Positions 37,501 to 47,711 of a stretch of DNA of 64,000 nt are shown here, one piece after another; position 1 is the stretch's first letter, and the number at the start of each line of letters is the position of its first letter. This DNA is from Takakia lepidozioides (Eukaryota > Plantae > Bryophyta): NCBI GenBank assembly GCA_030704615.1, contig CM060733.1, positions 71,672,001 to 71,736,000 of the forward strand, given 5' to 3'. The position numbers and the translations under genes were made by a program. The notes beneath the pieces were generated by a model that saw nothing but the letters and a program-made list of their open reading frames with translations, was not told where the DNA came from and did no database searches.

Positions 37501-40141
37501 TTACCGCGGAAACAAGCTGGACGACATAATAAAAGGCATTGAATAAAGGATGGATGAATGTACAGTTGGATGATAAACAGATGGATGAGTGTGAAAAATG
37601 TATGTAGATGGATGAATGACGGATGGATAAGAGTAAAATGGATGAATGTATAATGGATGTTGAGCAATGACAAAAATTCATGACAAGAAGATGCATGACC
37701 AAATCTTTTGACGAATGCACAACGTATATGAAATGAGTGTGGAAGGTTTGTGGGGTGGATTAAAGAGTACAGAGGATGAATGTACAATGGATGTTGTACA
37801 AAGGAAGCTTTCATGAATGGAGCACGCATGAATACAGTGTAGATGAATGCACAATGGATATGAGAAGAGTCAGGGAGGTTTGTGAGATGGATTCATACAT
37901 ATAGCAATTTAAACGAAAGTTGATTCTGTGATTATTATTTGTTCTAAAGGAACAACTACGGTGGAGGAAAGGGATTCAACGTTTTCCAGATAATATGAAA
38001 ATGAATATTAAAAGAATACAGTTCAGTCTGACTCAGAGTCAGTACAATGTATCCCCTCTTCCTCTGCATCTAAGTCTAAGTATTTTAGAACACCGGATCC
38101 ACGCTGGATACACCTACGGCTGGCCACTAAAAAGTCAGGGGATAGGGACTCGGCCGCGTGAAGTGCCATTGCTTCGGCATAAACAGGAAGCAGAAAATTG
38201 GAAAGGGGGCTGTCGAAAACAGACTCACCAGAAATGATTGTATCTCCTGAAGATCCACCGCTGCCTTTCCTGAAAGACAGCCTGAAAAAGTTAGTACTGT
38301 AACTTTGATGTTATCGAGAAATTGAGTATGACTCCCAAAGAGGGTTTAGCACTTACTCACATGAAAAGTCGTTGTCGACCTGCTTATCTTCGGGATCGTC
38401 ATCATTTCGAATTTGAATCCGATCAGTCTGTGTGCCTGAAGTGGAGCCAGACAAAAGGGAGAGGAGCACGGTGTTGTAGAGGTCAGAATCACCCTCCATG
38501 CCAAAAAGGCTTCTTCCGCCTGCCTTGCATGCGTGGTAAGTTGCTCCTGCACCAGACAGGATAACATGAACAGTTTGGAGGGGGGGATTCAAGCAGATGA
38601 AACTGTTGAAAGGAAACCAATTCGGAAGGGAAAAAATGAACCTGTGGACACAGAAAGATCGACCACCCGTGCAGAGCGGTGGCTGCATGACTCCAGCAGT
38701 ATTTGCATGAATGCTGGTGACTTTTCCTTTGCACCTCTCCAGGGAGTGCCATCTGGTCTCTTCAGAGTCTGACTGGACTGCATGAAGTTGTACAAAATGT
38801 CATTGACATGGGGCTCATAGGGGGGGTTGACGAAACAACCCTGGTCAGAAATCTCAAAGCTACGGATGGAGGATGGTGTCTTTGATGTGCGAATCCTCCG
38901 CAGGCAGATCGCCTCGAACATCCTCGTCTGGCAAAGATAGCAGGTTAGTGTGGTAAACACAATCTATAGTGGAAGTGTGTACATCGGCTATTCAGAACTC
39001 TGACACAAAAAAATCATGAATCGGTGATGATCGGTGTCGATCATAAAACATTCTACTAGAGTGGAGCTGCAGAGAAAATTGAAACTCATGATCAAAGCAC
39101 AAGCAGAAGGGAGACGGCATACCAGCTGACCAGGGAAACCCCTTTCACAAGGTATAGGCTGTTCACACAATTCCATGTGCGCAAAACTTCAAACCCTGAA
39201 GACTTGAGGTATGATGCCAATGCCCGACGACTATCATTGTCACATGACTGAAAAAGCAGAAGTGTCCCTGCATCAGAGAGGAAATTGTTACAGAACCCGA
39301 ACACCCAACTCCAGTAGTTGTCCTCGAATTTGTTCCAGCCTGGCGTCTTGCCCTTTGGAAGAACTTCTGGCACAGCCTGGCCATCCGGGATGTCGAGAAT
39401 GACAATGTCGGCCGCATAAGTTTTCTGCACACCGCACACGAAGGTGGGACCTGTGCTCACCTGCAACAGACATGTTTTTTATAAGAACGATGGCAAGATT
39501 GTTTTCAAAGAACGAGACTGAAATACTGCCAACGAAACTTTCAGAGAAAAAGGAAAGAAACTGGAATTCTCACCAGATTGAGGAATGAGATTATATTGTC
39601 CCAGGTAGGGGATGGCACCCCAGTGTATCCTCTCTTTCGACTCTGCATCATCGAAAGCCAACCCTCATTAACAATTTTCATCTCTCCTGCTGAATCAGAA
39701 CGGGAAGGGTGTGGCTTGGCATCGAACACGCACTGAAGAGTGCGGGTATATCTTCCAGCAGTAAAGTCCTGCCCACTCTCCATCTCCTTTTCATTCTCCT
39801 TCCCCTTGTCCTTTTCCTTCTCTTTGGACTTGTCTTTGTCCTTTGGCTTTGCTGGTGAGATGGCTATGACATCAACAACCTTGTCTTTTGGTTTGCGGCC
39901 CGCCTTCTTTCCCTTCTGCGGCGTTCCCTGAGCATCAGGCTCCTTGGCAGCCAATATTCCGCTCAGGTGATTTCCTTCCATAAGCACATATTTCATGTAC
40001 CTGAAAAAAGGAGATAAATCCCAACCCACAAAAGCGCTCAGTGAGTAAGATGCAAGTAGAACAGAAAGAATAAAACATAGATTGAAATGGCTCTGAGAAC
40101 TGCTCCAAGGACCTTTCAGGACCACACTACTGCTCCAGATA

Positions 40142-40865
40142 TGAATGTCGTCAACGCCATTCAGAACATTCCATTCAATGACACTGTAAATACACCCTAA
40201 TCCAGGTGAATGCAAATTATCGTTTAGAAATGACACAGACATAGAAGTGAATGTCGTCAACGACATTCACTAATGAAGCCAAATTATTACTTAAATGAAG
40301 CAAAATCACAGGATGGAAATCAAAAAATTGAGTAAAGAACCCTCCAGGCAAACTCAATGCACATTCATAACGAACCTATCACTGAGGACCTCACAACATC
40401 ACTGTATGTGAATGGCGTCAACGCCATTCACAAAAATACAAAAAAGAAACCAATTACTTAGCTCCCCAATCCATGTAAATTGAATTTGTCGCTGTTGAAT
40501 AATACAGACACAGCTGTGAATGTCGTCAACGACATTCACTTTGGATTTCTTAAAACAGAGCTTATCAAGCCTCCACATTCATCGCAAGAGGCAAAAACAA
40601 TGCAGAACAACTGAATGTCTGCATTGACATTCAGCAAAATGAAGTGAGGAACCCTCACTGTAACCTCTATGGACATTACAAAAATTTAAATAACTCTGAG
40701 GACCTCTCAACAACTCCGTATGTGAATGTCGTCAACGCCATTCAAGGACATTATCAATTCTAATCAGGGACAATATAATTGCACCCTTAGATCCTAACCA
40801 GGTGAATTCATATACTCGCTTAAGAATGACTTAGACAAAGAAGTGAATGTCGTCAACGACATTCA
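40142..40865. repeat. Seven dispersed 22-bp palindromes TGAATG(T/G)CGT-CA-ACG(A/C)CATTCA in an intron
   Basis: Copies start at 40142, 40248, 40409, 40517, 40612 (degenerate centre), 40723 and 40844. Confidence 0.92.
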
Positions 40866-42661
40866 ATCTGGATCTAAGATTGCAATCCATATGAAGCCAC
40901 ATTTTTTCCCAAAAAAACAGTAGAGTTTCAAGTATGACATTGCACCTGTACACAACTCGCATCATGGCCCACTCTCCTCCAACCTGACTGTCTGTCAAAG
41001 TCGTTGGACCGTAAAATGTTACCATCTTTGGAGAACTCCCGGAAAAAACAGTATCTCCAGGTGAGACCTCTCCACTTCCTTATGTATGCCTCCAATGACA
41101 TTTGGGGAGGGGAAACAATCGCAATGTTCAGGTCCTTCAAAGTCTGATCCAGCACAATGACGGCGCGCTTTTCGAGCTGCAAATAGTATATTTGTCAGAA
41201 TTGCAAAAAAGATACACATCACATACTTGAAGAGAAGAAACAGCATGTTCGAATACACACCTGACTCCAAAATGTAGCCTTGTGGAGCCAGTTATCAAAC
41301 ACCAAATCACTGATTCCTTCCACCTTTGTGCCAGGCTGTATGGTGCTCTTTGGGAACTGATTCAAGTCCTTTACTGTTTGATCTGAGTTCCATATCTCCA
41401 GCCACCTTATTTTTGTTTGTGGGTCGACCATCGATATGGCCAGCCGGTGCAATTTCTCCTGCTGCATCTCCGGATGCACATGCTTGTCATAGTGTGTTTT
41501 GATCTGCTGAAGGAACTCAGGACCAAGTCCAGGATCTACTATTCTAAGCTGCTTTCCGAAGGCTGACATCAATTTGGTTCTTCGCATTTCAAACTCCTTC
41601 TTTATTGCAGCTTCCACACCCTTTGATGTCCTTAGTTCTTCTGGTGTAGTGCGGTAATATTCGGATTTTCCCTTCTCAGCTGCCTCTGCCAGTTCTTGCT
41701 GCATTCATTCAAGTAGTGATTAGCTCCGAAGGGACTACAAACATGTATTCGAAAAGTAAACAGATTACAGACTCGGGCTTACCGCATACATGTACTCCAG
41801 AAACGCCTCTCGTGTCAAAGAATACCAAGTGCCTGCAGCTCTTCCTGTTTCGCACTTCTTGATGATATTGGGTGGTAGTACTGTCCGAAAATCATCCAGC
41901 TTCATCAGACCAATCCTCTGAATTCGGAATAGTGTGTGAACCAAGCTTGTTGTCACATGCGATTTCTCTGTCGATCTGCAAAAACATTGGAAACATTGCA
42001 TTCCTTAACACTGTTTTTTGAGGATTAACAAGACACTACAGAGGGAATGAAATCTCCTGGATGACTTACTTGTTCACGTCGTGCATAGCTGTAAGAAGCC
42101 TAGCGATGTCGTTTCCGCAGCAATCGGTGGTTGCCGTCCCAGACGTAGAACATGTGGTTGCAGAATTGCTGGGTGTTCTTTCCCATCATGAGGCCCAGCT
42201 CGAACTCCTCATTGGCATCTTTCCAGCACTCATCCCAGTTATCACTGATCTCTGGAGACACTAATGTGCTTTTCCCATTTATATCCGTCAGTGACACATA
42301 AAAAACTTGTGCACCAAGTCTATATCCATGCACAAAATCACTCTCCAATTTTGTTATGTCATGGGAAAGAGGTGGACGCACAACAGGCATTGATATCATC
42401 CGGCACAGAGGTATGTCCAGACGCCCTCCAGATACGAGCATGTCCCTTATAACCTCCTGAGAGTTTACCTTCTGGAATGACATGAGTTCTTTCACCTTGT
42501 CAAGGTAGTGCACTTCGGATTCATCTGCTTCATCTGTATTCTCTGAGCTTTTTGCGGACTCGTCCCCATCTCCAGATCCTTTCCCCTCTGATCCTGTAGG
42601 CTTCGACCTCACAGTTTTCTGCACGATGCCATTCAGTTCTGACTGAGTGATTTGCAAATAG

Positions 42662-42980
42662 TGAATGGCGGTAACGACCATCACTCTGTATCAAGGAAAC
42701 TCACCATGAATGGTGTGAAAGAATTCAGCACAATCTACACATGCAAAGCTGAGACTGCCGTATTCAAAACAAAAGCGAGAGCGATAGCGAACGGCGTTAA
42801 CGACAATCACAAAAGATAACGACCTGCCGGATCGGTGTTGTGTAATGACATACATGTGCAACTGATTGGCGGCAACGACATTCAGTGTAGTTTAGGGAGA
42901 ATAGTAAGTGCAGACTCTCTCTTCAAACACATAGGTACATAAATCTCATGAGGAGAATCGAATGGCGTTAACGACGCTCG
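42662..42980. repeat. Four to five degenerate copies of the same 22-bp palindrome in intron 1
   Basis: Copies at 42662, ~42707, 42788, 42863 and 42959. Confidence 0.75.
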
Positions 42981-44211
42981 CAATTCAGTAGTTCCTGCTA
43001 AAGAAGGGAAGAGGAAGGACTCCTTGAAAGGCAATCAGACAGACTATATGATAAAACTTACTGGCACCTTCTTAGGTTTTGAAATTTGATCCCCTTCTGC
43101 AGCTTTCCTCTTCCCTCTCACATCTGCTGGAGTTTCTGTCTGCGCAAGGGTTTCTTGACCTTCTCCAGGTTCGGCGTTCCGCGTGCTTCCACCTTCTTCA
43201 GTGTCCCTGCGAATCATCTCTGCCTCCACAGGCTGGCGCACTCTTATCGCCGACTGTGTCGCAGCCGCTGCCTCAGTCTCCGTCTGCTCTTGTGAATCAG
43301 TCTCCGCGTTCACCTGCTGCCTTGGCCCTGTGTTCTCCAACAAACGACGCCTCGTCATTTTCTCTCTTGCTCTGCGTCTCTCTCTAAGGGAAGTAAAATA
43401 AAGAGACTTTCTTCTCTTTCGTATTCTAGAAGGAACCCTCTCCAGCTTGACTACCACTCTCCCTCTAAGCGCGAAAAGTAGAAAAACGCAGTGACTCCCG
43501 ATTTCTTGCGGGATTGCCTGCGTTCTTGCGTGTCTCTAGAAGCATCGGATTCCCTCCCGCGTGACCGTTACACATAGTCGTTTCCTTATTAGTGCACATG
43601 CCAGCAATTGGTGTACAGCTGTTCGTATTCAGTTATGGATGTCTGACGTGTGCCGCCCAAAAAAAACGGCGTGTTCTTTATTAGAACGGGTTCAATATTT
43701 AAAAATAACAGCGAATCCCAGAAATTGATGCGCAGTCTTAAACAAATAAATATAAATGAACGAGAGTTTGATGACAAATTTTGGAATATCATACACGGTC
43801 ATCCTTGTTAGCCAAACCCCACATTCGTTTCACATTTGGAACTTTCCAGGTGCGCATGATCATTGGTAGTAGTATAAGATACATTTACTTAATCTGCAAT
43901 CCCATTCTCAGATCCTGTGGCATGCTTCCAGGAAGTCGGCTTTGTTATTGGGTTTATTGATGAGGTTCTGATTAACGGTTTAACAGTTGCCGACACTGCC
44001 CCTAGGGATACTCTGACCACTGGGCCCACAAGAAAAGTAATTAAAATGGACGGCTGCATATCTGGAAAGAATAACATAATATGCACAGTCGTTATCTGAG
44101 CTTCCTCCGCCATATTCTCTGCTCATTCTTCAACTGTGTTCTGGAGACAGCAGTAAACCGATTTACACTAGATCTGCGATAGCAAGGTACAAACATACTC
44201 GAGGAAGGAAG

Positions 44212-47200
44212 ATGGCTTCCTCTGAAGCGGAGTTCTTCTCAGACGACAAACCAGTGCCGTTCTCCCAGGAAGTCCTTGACAATGGATTTGCAATTGTTCT
44301 GGAACATGTCTTGGCTACCCGTTTTCAGCTGCAGAATGGCTCCATTTTTTGGAGAAAGAGGTTTACGATCTGAAAGGGAAGTTGGTGAAATATTCTTTCC
44401 AAAACCGTGATGAGACGGCTCATATCAGCCAGTGGAGAGTGCGTCCTGGTCGATACAGAGTACTTGGAGAGCCTCGGCGAAAGTCCCTTGGGTCATATGT
44501 GACGCCCGGGACTGCTGCTTCGGTCGTTGAAGACAAGAGGGAGGTGGTGGTGAAAAAAGAACAGACGTCCTCCACTCCAATCGTTGAGCTTTCGGATTCT
44601 TCCGATGATGACATAAGTGAAATTCCAAATCCAGTCCTTCCTACTGTGGTTGGAGAAGCTGATGAAGAAGAGATTTGTAGTGTCATTCCAAAATTGCGGG
44701 CGATGGGAGGAATGGCTGGATTCAAAAGTGAGTTGCGGGGAATTGATTGGGAATCTTTGAAGCAGGTGCCTGTGAAGTTCTTGCCGGAGACTTTTGATGG
44801 CGATATCCTATTCGAGCTGCCTCCTCCTCCGCGAGTTGGAGGTGTAACAATCATGATGCATGGAATGGACAAGAAACACGACGGGCACCCGTGGTGCAGA
44901 ACAAAAACATCCAATATTCAGAATGATGACAAGCTTGTTTTCAGGAGGACAGTTTGCAATGGACACCTTAGGTGTGATAATTTGAATTGCAGACACTTTC
45001 TTCAGTCTGGGGTTCATAATCAAAGCGAATGGGAGGGTCTGGCGGAAAATCCATTTCAGCCTGGGACTGCCCCTCCACCGGCAAACACTTTCGTCTGCAA
45101 ATTCTGCAAACTTGTGCCATCCTGTTTGGCGCTCTGCGGAGCAAGAATGTACTATGTTGTCCACCGTTTGAATACAATGACAAGAGCTTGTGTGCATTTT
45201 GGAATAACCATCCTGTCTCGAAGGGGGATTACAGGGAGAGTGTTGAGACAGTATCGAGGTTGATCAAACAGGAGTTCGGGAGAAACCCATCCGCAACAAC
45301 ATCTGCAATTGCTCTTGGCGCAAGCAAGTCCTTCTTGGAAAGCCATATTTTGAGTGAAGGAGATTCTGTGGGGACTAAACTTGACGGTGCAGCATTGGAC
45401 CTGGTCATGGATCATTTCTCCACTTTAAGTTCACCTAACATTCGGCATCAGATCAATGCATTGAGAATGGGCTCTGGGATCAGAGGCTACATAGACAATA
45501 TTTTGGAATTGAAACGAGTGAGCAAGTACGATTACATCCAGGACAATGTATTCCCAGGTCAAGGTGCCATCAAAGTTTTTCTTTTCAAAATGTCGACTGT
45601 TGGGGAGGGCAGTGGGGTTAGCCTCGTGAAGCGGATGCAGAAGACTGGGGACTTGCAGAACTGTTTTCTTATGTTTGATCATGTGAAACGAGTGAAGGAT
45701 TGGACGACAATGGCTTGTCATGTCTACGATCCAGTGTACCAACGAGTTATGACAATTGCAGTTTGTGACATGCAATCCGAGGATACGGAATCCCAGAAGC
45801 TCATGTGGAATTCCCTGATACGTGTCATGGGCTGCCATCTCCAAATTTTGCAGGTTTCATGGCGGATAGTGCTCAAGCAAATTTCAATGCTATTCGTATT
45901 GTCTTCGGATCGGGCGACCCAAAAGTGCCTATGCCAGGAAGAGAGCGTACATGTCTATTCCATTGGACACAATCTCTGGAAAAACATACAAAGTCGGACA
46001 TCAAACCAGAGATGCAGACTCAGCACCGTAAATTGTGCAAAGAGTACAAAGATGCTAGAACAATGAAGGAGGCGGACACTTTGTTCCAGACAATTCGTGC
46101 CTGGTGGTTCTCTTCTGGAGCTGCATCACTTGAGAGTATGAGAGCATTGGAAGATTGGCTGGCGTTTTGGCACTTCCGGTATAGACAGTGGGGAGCAGCC
46201 ATGACAATGGTACGAGGCTTCTATTTCATGCTTTATTCATACATTTGCTTTCCATATTTTTGACTCATTGCTTTCTTTATGTTGTTTCCTGTGCACTGTT
46301 CTGAAGTGTGGTTATCCTCTTTGCAGAACATGTCCATTGAGGAAATGGCGGACATGCCATCTTGCAATTTGGCAGAAACTGTGCACAATGCATGGTTGCA
46401 GCAGTCTGGGAAACGAGGTCGGGATTTGTATGTGGCAACAACAGATGATTTGATACGTGCCTTGCAACAACAAACCCGATACCGTGATTTCTTACGAGGT
46501 GGGGTTGGTGGCAAGGGTCCGGACAAATGGGAGTTGATGTTGCGTGCTGCAAACAGATCTGGGGATCCAATCAAGATAGCACGGGCGGTGAGCATGTATG
46601 CCCAGGGAACGCCACTTGTTTCTAGAGTTCCACATCTTGAAGGGGAGGAGAGATTCGGCTCCTGTAAGAGGAAATTGAACACTCCACCTGGTTCGGATTC
46701 AGATTCCCACAGGGCAGACCGTGATAACTTCTCGAAGCCTCGTGTTCCCCTGCATGACAGCTCCATGTCCGGAACCTCCATTGTGGAGGAACCTCCAACA
46801 CGACGGCAAGCTCCAGCATCAAACCGTGCCACTGAAATGGTGCAGGAGAGAAACAACCCCCTTGATGTGCTTGAGTCCGCATGCCCCGACCACGTTTGGC
46901 ACATAGAACGCACAAGTGTCGGGTCTCGTGTGAAATGTACAGCGATCAGGGCAACTAATTTCGAGAAGTGCACTTCATCTATATCCAGAGGTGGTGCCCG
47001 AACTCCTGCTCCGACTTTCACGGGCTTGATGCGTCCATACGGTCAACCAGAAGCCAAGAACCACAAGTTCTGGTTCTGCGCAGATGATTGTGCCAGATGT
47101 GTGCATGGAACTGTGCGTCCTTCCGTAGTGATGAAGCCATCTCCTCCAACCGTTTGGCCCGTGAAGGTGGGAACACATCTCAGCTTTCAGGAGATTGAAA

Positions 47201-47711
47201 TGCTGGAGGAGGCAGGTTTTTCCCTTGCGAGACAACCCCAACTCCATGCATGTGCTACTACTTCTGCGTCCTCCCGGGTCCCCCGGCAAATCCTGACTTG
47301 TGGCCAACCAAACGAGATGGAAAGCTCGTTCGGCGTTTCCCTCCAACCGCTGAACACTTTGGCAAAGTGGAGTCCGCAAGAATGCTCCAAGCTCGTGTCG
47401 GAAGCACCACGGAAGTACCCGATCCAGGATATGGTCGGGTATTCACAATCATCACTTCCACATCTGCTGTTCATGACAGGACCTACGACATCACGGTTTC
47501 CAATTTCCCCAATTGCACATGTCCTGATTTTGTGAATATGCTATCAACCAGTTTGGGCAAGAGAGGTAAATTCATACCCTGCAAACATTTGTATTTCATA
47601 TTTTTGAGGAGGATGGTTTGCGATCCCAAACGTGACAACTTCATTCACCAGGCCACTATGAGTTTCAACGAGGTCGATACTCTTTTGCAGCGGGATACAA
47701 CACATGGGTAG
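44212..47711 (+). pseudogene. MULE transposase with N-terminal GCM/WRKY-like Zn finger, DDE core and C-terminal SWIM; about four frameshifts
   Basis: DGHPW..CNGHLRC..CKFC..C.AR..NHP; LMFDHVKR (D1), FMADSA (D2), CLFHW (CxxH), CNLAETVH (E); NCTCPDF..PCKHLY (SWIM); intron ~46210-46327. Confidence 0.88.

Larger units (their letters stand above)
38353..43358 (-). pseudogene. Multi-exon gene: ParB/Srx-like N-terminal domain + helical region + beta-class DNA N6A/N4C methyltransferase-like domain
   Basis: Exon ~42070-42650: IPLCRM..VVRP..FYVWDGNHRL. Exons ~39140-39460 (ADIVILDIPDG..W..FL.DAGTLLLF), ~38650-38935 (PWRGAKEKS..ILLE..VVDLSVSTG) and ~38353-38548 (ATYHACKAGGRSLFGMEGD). GT-AG borders are visible at several exons; there is a frameshift right after DGNHRL. 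Confidence 0.75.

Noticed and set aside
40142-40865. CRISPR-like repeat-spacer array
   Set aside because: Spacing is irregular (95-161 bp), the spacers are partly homologous to each other, and the array is intronic; better treated as binding-site-like palindromes.
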